From Macrostomum lignano (taxonomy: Eukaryota), in the NCBI GenBank assembly GCA_002269645.1, contig NIVC01002504.1, positions 102,673 through 166,672 of the forward strand: a stretch of DNA of 64,000 nt. Direction: 5' to 3'. The first letter of the stretch is position 1, and every line of letters begins with the position of its first letter. Of the stretch, positions 13,338 through 25,299 are shown piece by piece. Position numbers and translations under genes: made by a program. The notes beneath the pieces are model-generated. The model was not told the DNA's origin, did no database searches, and saw only the letters and a program-made list of their open reading frames with translations.

Positions 13338-14411
13338 TTAACGCTGCGAATGCCAGCGTTGGAAGCAATCTAACAAACAAAGTCCCGGGCATCCTGGACA
13401 TCGGCTGCAGAAATAAACTGTGCGCCGGGAACTGGCAGAACTGTAGCACATTCTGCACCTTTTCGTTGGTCTGGGCTGGGTAGAACGACCTGGGATTTTC
13501 TCCGGAAAATGCTGCTCAGGGACTGCAACTGTTTGCAGCATGGAAGCCGGTCGCTTCCTGCCATTTCCAGTTCGCTCTATCAAATCACGGATGCTGGCTT
13601 CGAGATATCTGATAAAAGTATTCTGGCCACCACACTTGCAGTACAGAACCCAAGCGTTGCGCACCATTTGAAGGCACATATGCAAACCCAGCTTGTGGAA
13701 CCATTTTTTTGTTTTTCTGCCGGCTGCAGGGTGCCGTCCAGCGTGTCCACTCCACCCATGCAGCGATTGTAAGTTATCACACTGCGGCTCTTCTGCACTG
13801 CCACATGCTGACCAGCTCGATTGATCTTGACTTTCTCTGCCTTTGACGCAACGTCCTTCGTGTCCAGCAAATACAAGGTCTTGAATCCACTCTGCTTTCT
13901 CTCGACAGCCTTCACAATCAGAACACGTCCCTTCCTCGCAAAAGCTACATTATTCAGAACCACTAAAGCCTGCCGAAGCTGAGCCGGAACTCCTCGGTCT
14001 GGCCTCACGGTGCCCGTCAAGAACGTTGAATGGTCGATAAGGAACTGGGACAACCTGTATGATGTAAACCAGGTGTCAATTGAGGCCAGCAGTTCTGGTA
14101 AATTCAAAACATTCTGTCCCTTCATCGGACCCAGGCTCGACAAGTCGCCAAACATTCTCAACTTCAGCAGCATCACCATCTGCAAACTCCTGTTCTTCCT
14201 TGCCGTCAGGCCCTTCTATGGTTGGAGGATTGCCATCCAGTGCTTCTTCGCCAACCTCCTCGCCAGGCTCCTCGTCTATTGTTAAGTAGGAGTCGAGGCT
14301 TGCTTCACTGTCAGAGGTCATGTAGTCGATCTCAGAGGCAGAAGCCATGTACTTTAGGATATCAGTGAGTAAATACTGTGTCAAATTTAGCGAGAAAAGG
14401 CTAACAAACAA
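13338..14411 (-). pseudogene. piggyBac (PGBD4-like) transposase, internally deleted and frameshifted
   Basis: ORFs 14076..14411 (acidic N-terminus), 13580..14185 (second and third catalytic Asp motifs) and 13338..13685 (Cys-rich domain). The region carrying the first catalytic Asp was not seen. Confidence 0.8.
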
Positions 14412-14484
14412 GATGGTAAGAGTGTTACTGTAAGAAAGCTAGTTTTACTACAAAGGGGACTTGCTGTCTGAGCACAGATTTCTA

Positions 14485-14668
14485 TGGTAAGCAGCGCATA
14501 CCAAGCAGGCAGCAAGTGAAACTGTTTTATTGGCTAAAGCAGTAGTGCTGTTCATTTCCTTCCCGTCTAGCGCGTCAGTTTGAGCCAAGCTGGATCAGTA
14601 AGCCTAGCCGGCAGGAATGGAAGTGACATGCTATGCCAGAAAATATCTATGGTAAGCACTGCTTACCA
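14485..14668. promoter_or_regulatory. Two copies of the same 19-bp palindrome near the right piggyBac end
   Basis: Exact copy at 14650-14668; degenerate copy TGGTAAGCAGCGCATACCA at 14485-14503. Confidence 0.7.
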
Positions 14669-17592
14669 AGCAGACGGGAACAGACAAATTATGGATTCTG
14701 GTTAGGCAGGAAGAGGTTAAGCCCCTGATCGTGGAACTCTGGTGCGTTGTCAGACACCAGAGTGTGCGGTACGCCTAGCCTCACGAAGATGGCCCGTAGA
14801 ACTCGAATCACTGTCCTCGCGCTCTTGTCTGCCACGTGTACGGCTTCCGGCCAGCCAGAGAAAGCGTCAACCAGCACCAGGATCAGGCTGACCCCCGACA
14901 CGTGAGCATTGTGTGTGTGCACCCGCTTTTAAGGCGTCTCCTCGATAGGCCACGTGTGCACCGTGCGATTGGGCAGTGGTTGGATCCCCGCACATGTGCA
15001 CTGCTTCACAAATGGTCCTACACCATGTTCAGCGTTCAGCTCTGTCTGGACGACCTTCGGAACCTTCAACGGAGTGCCACCATCTGTAACTCTCCAATTT
15101 AAAATGGTGCAAAAGCATTGTATATTATGCAAACATGCCTGGTTTGGTGCCTTGATAGAAAAAAAGGATGTTGGCGGTTTCAGCTCGTCGGGGCCGCGTG
15201 GTGGCACTGCTTTAAATGTCCTGAAGGTCGCCTGTATGTCCACAGGTCAGCCTAGAGGAATGAATCGTCTGTTTAATTCACCGATTATGTCTACTGACTG
15301 AATGCTGCGTGCAGAAGAGGATTATTCCATTTCAGTTTTAGGAACGCAGCCGTCTCTGAGATGCCAATCAGGTGCTTTTGTTGAAGGTCCCGACGGTCGC
15401 CGCCAATGCTTTAGACTGTAATGAAGGGGACCCTGGTTCCTGGGATACTGAGAAGAAAAGCCTCTACGACTGATATGCATAGTTTTTTGAGGCAAAGTTA
15501 GCAGAAAAAATTAGCCATTGTTGGTGGTTTTTGCCACGACACCCCGAGGAGAACCGTTGAATATCTCGACGATGCCGATTTTTCGTGATTCTTAAAGTTG
15601 ATTCATCGAATAGAGCGGAAAATGTTAGCCCGTGTTCTGGATTTTCATGGCAATTGGTTACATCTTTTTGGAGATCCAGACAAAGGAAAAATGCAGTGTG
15701 TATTTGAAATACACCCTATGGTATTTCTACTGTTAAACAATTCAAGTGTAAAAATTACTTACAGGCTAAGTCCCGTCAATTACTAAAACAGTGGAATGCC
15801 TATATTTACCAGTATTTTTAGGATAAATAGTTGGATGAATACGAGACATTGTATGGTTATCTGTGGCAGACTCGTAAAATAGTACGGTTCGTCGCAGCTT
15901 ATCTGAAAATTTCACCTGGCTGTTTAATTCAGCAAGTCCTATCACGTTGATTAGCTGCTTCTGCATAAATGTCATTCTGTCCAAAGCAACGCTATATCCT
16001 GTAATTTAGAGCCAGCTTTCCTATCCTATTCCAGGTTCGCTTACAGAGATTTTGATATAAGAAAAGGTGGGCTTTGGGGCCTCGCTTTTTTACTCATGCT
16101 TAGAGTTCGGATACCACTCCACTAGGAAAATTCTACACATCTGGCTACACATATGGCCCGATCGGGGCAGGCATAATTATTTATTTTTCATTATTCGAAA
16201 AGAGTCTGTAAAGATAGGTAAAGATTGCTGTCGGCTTCACATCTGTCTCAATTTTAGGATGGACCGCAACTGTCCATCCTAAACCGCTCGTGCGAACCGC
16301 TCCTTCTGAGATGAATTTATTCTAGGCTGCTCTACAGATTCTAGATTTTTAGTTTCAGGTTCCTGATATTCGATATTCATGTTCACTTTGGGCCGAAAAC
16401 AAGACAGTTTCTATTTGATCAATCAACTAGGAAGATTGAAAAGTAATATCATTTAAAAACAATGCAAGTGGCCACAAAATTTATCATGCAACTGTAATAT
16501 TTCCTGAATTCGTCCGTACTCATAAGAGAATTAATTATTTGGATATTTTTCGATATATTTTATGCAACCTTAGATAGGAAGTGCTTATTAAATAGCCCGC
16601 ATAAGATTTAACAGTTATTAAAAATTGCTTTACGAACTGTAGTACCTATTTAGCATTACCATTACGAGTATTTTAAGGAAAAGTGATACTGTAAAATACT
16701 TTAATTCATAGGCATAGGAACTGCTAGTTAAGTAGTCTGCTAGTTATAAATTTGGCCCTGGCCCCTAGCTCGTACATATCTCGAAACCGATAGGAAATTG
16801 CGTTCGCCACGGCACGGCTCCGGCAACTGAAAATAATAACGGAAATTGAAGAGTTTCAAAGTAGCATGTGAAAGAGTTGGAGACAGGGAAAGATTGAGGT
16901 CCCAAAAGTGCAAAGTAACAGGTGAAAGACTTGGAGAAAGGGAAAGATAGTGCACAAAAGTGCAAAGTAGCATGTTAAAGACTTGGAGACGGAAAGATTG
17001 AGCTGACAAAATGACATCATTTTTGCCTACAAAATAAAGCAACAGTTGGTCTGCATCGCGCGCATTGTTCAATAGTTGGCTTTTAGTGCTAAGAGCTAAA
17101 GAGCTAAGAGCTAAAGCTTAAAACCTCACGGTGCCTTCTGAAAATTGGCATAATTTATGCCAGAGATGAGAGATATATTCTGTAGAGTTGAAAATCAAAT
17201 ACATGTATGTCTATAAAATAATAGATCAAGTGTTTAAAACAACGAAACGGTCATATGAAACTTGCGTCTAGCATACTTCGTAGGAAATATAAACCATATA
17301 CTCGTAAATGGATTAGTAGTATTCTGTAGGCTGCTGAACTCGATGCTTGGACAAGATGGGCGAAAACTAATGGCGATTAATTTGCTCAAGAATGAAACTA
17401 AGCTTCCGTTATTTGTCACACCCCTCCACTAGAGTGCCTACTACTCGTAGTATGTATCTGTAAGTTCGTGATAGCGGAATCCCAAAGTCGGTCGGTCGTA
17501 CACCACCCAATTTCATCACTACACAATGCGCTTAAGCAAGCCACGAGATTCAATAATTCAGACAAAGTATTTAGCAAGGTGTCATGGTAAAG

Positions 17593-17645
17593 CAGGGGTA
17601 GGCAAACTCTGGCCTGCGAAGCCTCGCTATCCGGCCCTCGGGTCC
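17593..17645 (+). mobile_element. Possible hAT/Charlie-type terminal fragment
   Basis: CAGGGGTAGGCAAACTCTGGCCTGCG..ATCCGGCCC resembles the termini of Charlie-like hAT MITEs. The partner end was not found. Confidence 0.35.
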
Positions 17646-18439
17646 TTTGAAACTTCACAACAGCACAATAGCAATCCGGTTTGTGTCTTTTCTCAGATTT
17701 CTTCTCTGTAATCTCTCTCCTTTTCCTATCTCTCTTCCTCTCTTCGGCAAGTGCCTGCGGCGCCAAAATGAAAACCTACGGCGCCAAAAGAGCGTTGACA
17801 GGCACGTTTACGCTAAGAAATAGATAATTAAAATCTCGCTAATAATGACAACCTGAAATCCTTCAGGCTTTATGTTCCTCTCAGCCAGTCGACCTTTCAC
17901 TTCCTCCAGGCTCAGAGGGCAGTAGAATGCATGAGGGGGCTTCTGGGACAAAATTTTTCACGTCCTCCATAATCCTATTAAATCCATCTATATTATCCCC
18001 GACAGAATCAGAAAAAAGGGGGGTCGCACTTGCTCCGAAAACTTCGAACATAATCCACCTAAATCCATCCATATTATCCCCGACAGAATCAGAAAAAAGG
18101 CTCAGCAATAAGAAAGACTCTTTTCTATTTGAGAGAGCTCTTAGCTGAGCGTAGAATACGAGACTTCAACTGGCAGCCAAAGCGGCCTTTATATTATATT
18201 GAATATGACCGACGGCAACATGCCGCCTACATTAGGAGTACAGCGCGATCAAACTTCAAGCTTTAGCATATAGAATAGAAAGATGCAACGTGCCGCGCGT
18301 GCACACTAAGTACGAGTACATTGGTAATGAGTACACTAGATATTAAGTACGCAGATACGCAACGCGAGTCAGATATAGTTAGTGAGCGGCGGGCGGCGCC
18401 ACAATAACTTTGCAGAAATCATTAGGCAATTGTGATTTC

Positions 18440-19302
18440 TTACATTCTCTCAATGATCAACGTCAATACAAACTCTTCACCATTGAAATCAACACCCACC
18501 CCATCTTCAGTCTCAAACTGTTGCACAATCTCGTGAATCTCCTTATTACTCAATACAACTCTTTTCACTGGATTTGGTTTCTCTACCAGCATCTGTCCTC
18601 CAGCAACAGAGTTAGAGATGTTGTACAAAATATTCGTTCGCTTTCCCTTAAATACCCAATCAAGACTGAGATTACTTCTGATTAGAATATTCAAACCCTT
18701 TACAATGTCTGCAATATTGGGTGCTAAGAACAAACCGCTTACATTTTCCCGGACCATGATAACGGCCCTGACGCTTGAGTGGCGGTCTGTGGCGCGGATT
18801 CTGCCTTATAAACTTTCTTCTCGAATCCCAATTCCCTATACCATGTATCATCTTTAAATTCCACCTCCGCATCTTTGTGAACTTGCATGACCACTCTCAT
18901 TACAGTAAGATCATAGGATAGTTTGACAGGGAACAATTTTTTATCTGGCTTACTCGCATCAGGTGTCTCAAAATGGTCTCTTTTAGTAAAGACGTTTTCT
19001 AGAAAGTAATTGTTGGTATCCACACTTTGCGTGCTAACAGGGAATACCACAGGTTCTGCTGCTGCACTTTTCCATTTGTAATAAAACTTATTATTTGCTG
19101 CCGACACATTAGGAACGTTTGACCAACCAGTGAAGTCGTTAAGATAGACATGGTAATTTGCACCTGGATCCAGGCGAATCGCCTGCTCTAATTTTTGAAC
19201 AAATATCCCGTTTGAGTCATTTATTCGCCCAGTTATTGTAATAGGAATGCTCTCCTTGGAGTGAGAAACAATATTATTTAGTCTTTCAGCAATCGCTTCC
19301 AT
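18440..19302 (-). CDS. Polinton/Maverick-type minor capsid (penton) protein, one frameshift near 18750
   Basis: IRLDPGANYHVYLNDFTGWSNVPNVSAANNKFYY, then NILIRSNL..TNILYNIS..GQMLVEKP..VDFNGEEFVLTLIIERM. This matches the pattern of Polinton pentons (SIPNV..NNKFYY; I.C.LV..SY.NG..ILY.F; DFRGE...L.I). Confidence 0.75.
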
Positions 19303-19321
19303 TTTTTCACATAAAAAATAT

Positions 19322-20607
19322 TTAAACTTTACTGGATGAATTGTTGATCATGTTAAGCTTCACCTTCCTCTCAAATGCATAGACAATGTACAGGTCCACA
19401 GGTGTTGCGACAGTCCTCTCAATGTTAGTCACGATATTCACAGGGCTGTTATCAGTAGGCATTTGTCTGGCAGACACATCAGCTCCAAACATCGGATATA
19501 GAGTTCCGTATTGAAGAGCAGTGATATCAATTCCATTGTTCTCTTTCACAGCCAAGTCGACCAACTCGCTGTAAAATTTGCTGATCTTGTTCTGACTGAA
19601 ATCTCCATTTTGTGGCAGTGCAGGGTAAAGATTATCACTGATTTCATGCTGAATGGACCGCTCGTCTCCATGCATGTAGCGTATAATGCTATTTGGGTTT
19701 CTCATGTTAATAATAATATACCTTGGATTGCTGCATGATCCCTCTTTAATGCAGATGTTTGTTCTAGTTTCGTTTTGCTCATCTCGACACATGTAGGCCG
19801 TGTATGCAACATCAATGTCCTTCTCTATTGCCTTGAGATAATCCGCTTTTAGTGCGGTCTTTGGCTCAATGACTTCCAAATACAGCTCGATTCCGGTTAG
19901 CTTCACCTCCATCCTAGTGTGGTCCGCTCCAGTCCACAACACTCTACTGCGATCATCTCTAGCAGTCTAAATGTGTAGCTAAAGTTACTAGTCAGTCGAT
20001 TAAATGTATTACAGAATCCACTCATGAATCTCAGTGGTACAAATACATCAACAGACCAATACTGTGGGTTCTTAGCAGCATCATCAGCACCTTGCAATGC
20101 ATAGTTGTATCTCTTATTCCTCTTTTTTTAGCCACTGTCATTGGTGTCTTCTTCTTTTTCATCTGCAATAAAACCTGCACCACTTCCCAACTTAATAAAA
20201 TCAGGATTCTCGATCAAACAATGAGCGTCATAGACAATTCCAAAGTTGGCGATTCGCTCCAGCTCAGTGCTCCCATTCGATACACTAAACTCCTTGAACA
20301 TGTACGCCCAAAAGTTACTGATCAGAGCCACATCTGCATCATGCTTGTCAACGTTAGCACGAGCCGCATCCGCACCACCCTTTGTCTTGAATTGAAATGT
20401 CATATGGAAGCCGCTCTTAAGACTGTGCACACTAACCAAAGACAAACATCCATTGTATGTAAGTGTCAGTGTTTGACCAGGACCAAGATTAGTTTCATTC
20501 TGATTTTCCTGACTGGGAACTCTTACCTGAGTCGCTTTGATTGTGCTATCATCACTCAAAATAGGCTTGTTAATTTTGTAGAAAACTGGTGTCAGTGGGT
20601 CGTTCAT
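19322..20607 (-). CDS. Polinton/Maverick-type double-jelly-roll major capsid protein, two frameshifts
   Basis: Three consecutive ORFs (20128..20607, 19903..20097, 19322..19942) join into about 430 aa with DDSTIK, LISNFWAYMFKEFSVSNGSTELERIANFGI, VPLRFMSGF..F, SNPRYIII, YPALPQNGDF and YPMFGADVSAR. It lies directly upstream of the penton-like gene. Confidence 0.75.
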
Positions 20608-20637
20608 TTTTTAACTAAAAATAAAATAAAATAAGAA

Positions 20638-21946
20638 ATGAAGCGAAAAAGTACACAGCAGATATTTGAATTGGAGAAGCTAGCACAAGCAGAGAAACGA
20701 GTTACCGGGCTAATAAATAAGGAGCAACAATCCTACAATGAGTTTGTCCAAGCAGCCACAGAGTTTCATAAGCCCGGGTATGGAGAAGCTAAGAAAAACA
20801 TCGACACTGTGAAGGAAGCAATTGATAATATTCAAGAGAGCCAATTGCAAAACACATTGGGTAAAATCCCATCTTCACCAGAACAACCACAGGCTCAGCA
20901 ACCATGACAACCAGTGCAGATGAATGTGACGGATAACTTTTTTGGCCCCGTAATGGTTGATGGAAAATATATTTTTGGAATTAGCGCCTGGCGAAAAGAA
21001 ATTACCAAGGAACCGGTGGATTACAACATTGAAGTGACAAAGGAAAATATTTCAATCAATAAAGGTGCAGAAACTAAAAGAATCCCCTACACTAAAACTT
21101 TACTTGATTACATGACTAAAAATTGGGAAAAAAATCCGAGACACAGTTGAAGAATTATAGAGATCTTGTTACCTTCGCTTTAGAGAGGGACATATACGCT
21201 CGTACATTCTCAAGAACAACGGTATTTTGAAAATGTTATATGAAAACAGAGTTTTCTTGAACGGGTTTAAAGAGTACAAATACTTTAAACAATGGTTCGG
21301 TTTGCCAGATCAGCTGGAAGTCATAAAATATCTAGAACAACAACAGCAACCGCCACAACAACAGCCGCAACCACAACAACCTCCACCTCCACAGCAACAA
21401 AAAATCCCAGCTGAACAAGTTCTTGATCAACTTGACGCTGCAGAACCGATTTATGTTTGGCAGTACAAAGATAGAAACCCTGATACTTGGCGACAATTAG
21501 AGCGGCTCTCCCCAGAACGAATGAAGCGAATCAATGACAGAGTATTCACACCTAGGCTACAGCAACCCTCACCAGGAACATCCTCCTCTGACCATTCATT
21601 CGAATCACCTCCAAGCTCTTCCGGAAAAGGCATGCCTGAATTCTACAAGCGGTTAGCTGTTCTTCTAGGAGCGGCAAAGACCGGAATGAAAGATGAGAAT
21701 AGAAAAGAGTTCGTTCATATCCTAGACAAAATGCTTGAGAGAAAATTCATCGATAAAAGAGCAAGAGAATTTTGCTTTCACGGTTTAACAAAAAATAAAT
21801 TTCTATTTAAAAAGATGCCAATTATTTTTAGAAAGACGTGGACAAATACTATGACAAAGAGGAACTTAATCTTATTAAACGCGGATCTGGACTTCCAAGC
21901 CACTATCCAAGAAAAGAACGCTCTGGGAATGGCCTTGCCGATTTGA
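20638..21946 (+). CDS. Conserved Polinton-associated protein (frameshifted across 20638..20907, 20914..21150, 21227..21946)
   Basis: EF..ATEFHKP, DNFFGPVMVDGKYIFG, YTKTLLDYMTKN..YRDLV and the C-terminal GKGMPEFYKRLAVLLGAAKTG..E...ILDKM resemble a widespread Polinton gene (RL.LL.AS..AGN..EI..I..EL). It is divergently transcribed from the capsid gene, only about 30 bp away. Confidence 0.55.
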
Positions 21947-22128
21947 TTGCTCAGGGGGCCAAGATTTTTAAGGTCATTGGAGAGAACAAAGAGAACATCA
22001 AGAACGTTGCCGAAGCGGCTGGCAGTGTAGCCACAGCAGCCGAAAAGATAAAGGATACTGTAACACCTAAACAAGAGATTCAACCTCTGTCTCCGCTGGC
22101 CCGCTGGCCCCAAATCCAGACAGTGTAG
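21778..22128 (-). CDS. Small G/K-rich protein, possible Polinton core/virion protein
   Basis: KRGSGLPSHYPRKERSGNGLADLIAQGAKIF resembles the GSG/GxGL small proteins of Polintons and adintoviruses. The assignment rests on context. Confidence 0.4.
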   Translation of the reverse strand, partial: LHCLDLGPAGQRRQRLNLLFRCYSILYLFGCCGYTASRFGNVLDVLFVLSNDLKNLGPLSNQIGKAIPRAFFSWIVAWKSRSAFNKIKFLFVIVFVHVFLKIIGIFLNRNLFFVKP

Positions 22129-22772
22129 ACCCTGCAGTCTATGAGAAGATGAGAGCTAGCATTAAAAAAGGAAGTGGTTTCAAATTTGACTAAAGGGTGC
22201 TTTCCGAGGGTACAAGACATGTAAGAGTATAAGACTAGTCCCAAAATGACACATCTAAGTCCCGAAATGACACATCTAAGTCCCAAAATCATCAGAAAGT
22301 TGGTCCACTGGTTGGTGAACGGTGCACGTCTTTTCAGCTCGTAGAACTGTTCCTTACAGAGAACCCGCTCCATTCTCAGAAAGATCCTCTCGAGCTGTAG
22401 GCCGTTTGCAAAGCCATGCTTACCATGCCGTTCAACTAGTTTATTAAGGTTGGCAATCTGTACAAGCACCGCGTCGATCGTGAATGTTCCCTGCTTAAAT
22501 TCTTCTAGAGAATGCTCTGGCACAGGCTCACTGTTGGTCTTGTAGGCCATGCGCAACTCGTCCAGAGCCTTGCTGATTTGTGATTGCTTGTCGGCAGTTT
22601 TCGCTAGCCGACCACTGATAGTTGGCTTCACGATGGGTGACCGAGCAATTGCATTATATTTATCGGCCCAAACATTCCAATTGTCAAGATCTTTACTAGA
22701 AAAAACCGCCTTGATGAAGTTCTCCAGATTTTCGATGTAAACGTTGTCGCCTGCTTGTATTTCAGCATCCAT
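22080..22772 (-). CDS. Hypothetical protein at the edge of the Polinton module (about 160 credible aa, then a 21-bp repeat)
   Basis: ATG start preceded by a GC-box-like GGCCCCGCCCC about 70 bp upstream; globular-looking composition; no recognised motif. Confidence 0.45.
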   Translation of the reverse strand: MDAEIQAGDNVYIENLENFIKAVFSSKDLDNWNVWADKYNAIARSPIVKPTISGRLAKTADKQSQISKALDELRMAYKTNSEPVPEHSLEEFKQGTFTIDAVLVQIANLNKLVERHGKHGFANGLQLERIFLRMERVLCKEQFYELKRRAPFTNQWTNFLMILGLRCVISGLRCVILGLVLYSYMSCTLGKHPLVKFETTSFFNASSHLLIDCRVYTVWIWGQRASGDRG

Positions 22773-22964
22773 GGCAAGATCCAGAGATTAAGCAAGTGAA
22801 AAATAAAAAGTTGCTGGCGCGGCTCAGCAAAGTCCGCGGGGCGGGGCCAGTTGGAGCAGGCAGGGTAAGGTGAGGGGTGGTGTGAATCGGCTGTTTACAT
22901 ACCATTGGTGTGGGCTCGGGAATCCATGGATGCATTCTACTGAGGGCTTATATTAACTTCATCT

Positions 22965-23378
22965 TCAAATGCCTCTCTCAAGGCTTTCAAGTGTTAAACT
23001 TCGATCCTTCTCTAGCCGACCGGAGGCAGTGGCAATGGAAGCGGAGTGTCGAACAGCGGCTGGCTTTGAGGACAGATAATACGGTGCGTTAGCAATGATA
23101 GTTGGCACTGCGTCCTTCTTTACCTTTTCACCACCTCCGTGGTAAAGTTCTTCTATCTGTGAAAATTGTTTTCGGGATGTTCCTCGATTTCCCGTGCAGG
23201 GAGCACATTCTCGGGTGCTTGGAACTTGGAAGGAACAAAGCCTTGGCTTGGCTTTTATCCATAAAGCTTTAAGAGCTTCGTCTTTCGGAAAATAATGAAA
23301 TGTCACCTTTGTCTCGGCTTGTTGCAGATGAGTTTTGTAGCCACTTGTGCCGCCAAATGCACAACACAATTGTAACAC
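22965..23378 (-). pseudogene. THAP-domain N-terminus, probably a P-element-like transposase fragment
   Basis: MLQLCCAFGGTSGY..VTFHYFPKDEALKALWIKA..KVKKDAVPTI matches the THAP consensus (C.V.GC..FH.FP....R..W..C..HF..L..AVPTI), with decay. Confidence 0.75.
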
Positions 23379-24703
23379 ATGCTCTTTTAGTAATATGGAG
23401 GACTGATGAGATACAATTAAAAAATTAAATCAGTAAGGTAGATTGAGATTGCAAGATTGCAGGAAAACTACGAGTATATATATACTCCACCAACCAAGAA
23501 GCCTGTCTGTTACTTATTGTCTGGGATATAATCCCTATCATTTTCTCCTTATACGCTCGTATAATAGGAGCACGGAAAGAATGAGAGTAAATTCACGAAC
23601 AGAAAAGAAGAAAGGAATGAGAGTGGTATATAAACAGGCATGCTGGGGTCGAGTGACACGAAGCCCAATCTGTACACTGAAATCCCTAGAAGCCTTGTAT
23701 GCACTTGCTACCTTACCTTTTAACTAAGACTTGGTTCCGAAGCGCACAAAAACAAAGCTGAAGCACTGAACCTGTATTTCGTCTCTTCCCCCACCCCACC
23801 CACATAAAGACCAATAGGCACGAATTCCTAGCTGGAACAGTCTCAAAATAGAAAGGGAAGAGAGAGAGGACCTCTGGGGTCCAGGCCAGAGGGGAAAATG
23901 CTTCCCACTCATTCGTGTTGGACTTGGCCGTGTCGTACACTAAATTAATTTTTTTTGTTTCTTGTCCAGACCTTCTACTATTCAGGGGTCCGTGGGTAGT
24001 GTTTTGTCCTCGGGTGAAAGACTCTTGAAGTTCGGGGCCATATTTAAGATTTCTCGAATGAACCTATTTCGAATGGGAATGTAAAATGTCAAGCTGCATT
24101 TAAAAAAAAAGTTTCGTTTTCTACTTCAGTTCTATTCTTAGGGCAAATCCTGTCTTCAAATGGGACTTTAGGTCTTGCAGCTCTTAATGTCTCGAAAGCC
24201 AGTTTGTGGCTTCCGAGTCTGAAGGTTGACAAGGTTTTTCGAAGCTCTTAGTCTGTGATTTCCGTAAGGTATCTTTCTCGTGAGTGATATCTTTGCAAAG
24301 CTATAGTAAAATGTTTCAGTTTCTTGAGTTTTCCACTTTCTGTCTCCAGTGTCTGTCATATTCTGGCACAAAGTTTGTCCTATGTCGCTTAATTGTCTTT
24401 GAAATGCTTGCGTCCTTACAGTCTTTCATCACTTCGCTGTTCATTTTCGCCATTAAGCCTACTTCCCTATAAGTGGATTAAGTGGAAAATAAGTGGAAAA
24501 TAAGTCAATTTGGAGACGATTGAATCACCACGATTTGCAAGGGAGGCCCAGTACTAAATACTCCTCTATTGAATATTGTAAAGGAGGGGCAGCTTTCCTA
24601 ATTCTGATCAGGCAGAGTGAGCACACATCCCAACGCACAGGTTTTTCCAGAGTCTTCAGCTGGAATTATAATGCTAACTGTAAACTAAATGTTCCACAAA
24701 TTC

Positions 24704-25003
24704 CTAATTCAACAATTCATTAAACAGCCTCGAAGCAAGACTTATCAGTCGCAATATTAAAAAGTTTGCAATACTCACGCGCAGTTCGCGAATTTCGGCG
24801 CGCAGTTCGGCGCTGGACGCGCGCATTTCGGCGCGCAGTTCGGCGCTTGATGCGCGCATTTCGGCGCGCATTTCAGTGAGCAGTTCGCGCATTTCGGTGC
24901 GCAGTTCGAGAATTTCGGTGTAGTCGCTGACTAAAATATGAAGCCGAAGAATTAAAAAGCGACAACAGTTTAAAGTCAGAAACTCAGATGCAATCATCAA
25001 CAT
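24704..25003 (-). other. Coiled-coil-like ORF built from 33-bp tandem repeats (RAEMRASSAEL)
   Basis: Tandem units GCGCGCATTTCGGCGCGCAGTTCGGCGCTKGAY are visible at about 24780-24915. Coding status is uncertain. Confidence 0.35.
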
Positions 25004-25299
25004 CGCCTAAACCTCTTATCATCATCACCCTATACTAAGCGTCCAAGATAAGTTTGTTGATCTGTTTGTACTGTACCGCTCTAGTGATTGAATGCGTTAA
25101 CCATTTTTATTGCGTTGATTGTATTGATCCAAGGATTAGACTGATAATTTTTGTCTTAATGCTAAGGGTAGTAAATATTCAGACCTTTCCAATCCTTTTC
25201 TATTTTCTTGAATGCACGTGGCCTAATCAGGTCAGCAGTGTACTCGTAGCCACCAGCACAGCTGCAGCTTTTTTGCTTAATGCCTTTCTTAAGCTTTTC

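Larger units (their letters stand above)
12812..14716 (-). mobile_element. piggyBac-family DNA transposon (1905 bp) with TTAA target-site duplication
   Basis: TTAA at 12808-12811 and 14717-14720 flank the insert. Transposase fragments include IDTWFTSYRLSQFL..FLTGTVRPDR and YNRCMGGVDTLD, plus a C-terminal Cys-rich domain KRCRMCY..RRTVYFCSRCPGCPGLCLLDCFQRWH. Confidence 0.92.
12385..15590 (-). mobile_element. Second Ty3/Gypsy relic (RNase H-integrase), split by a piggyBac insertion
   Basis: 14689..14922 encodes LVLVDAFSGWPEAVHV..VSDNAPEFHDQGL and 12390..12811 encodes KGWLERFGY..TSPYHPQSNGCAERM. Removing 12812..14720 gives the continuous in-frame DNAPEFHDQGLKGWLERFG. Confidence 0.9.

Noticed and set aside
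17425-17450. CTACTACT as a Polinton terminus (AGTAGT end)
   Set aside because: It faces away from the capsid module and has no partner inverted repeat.
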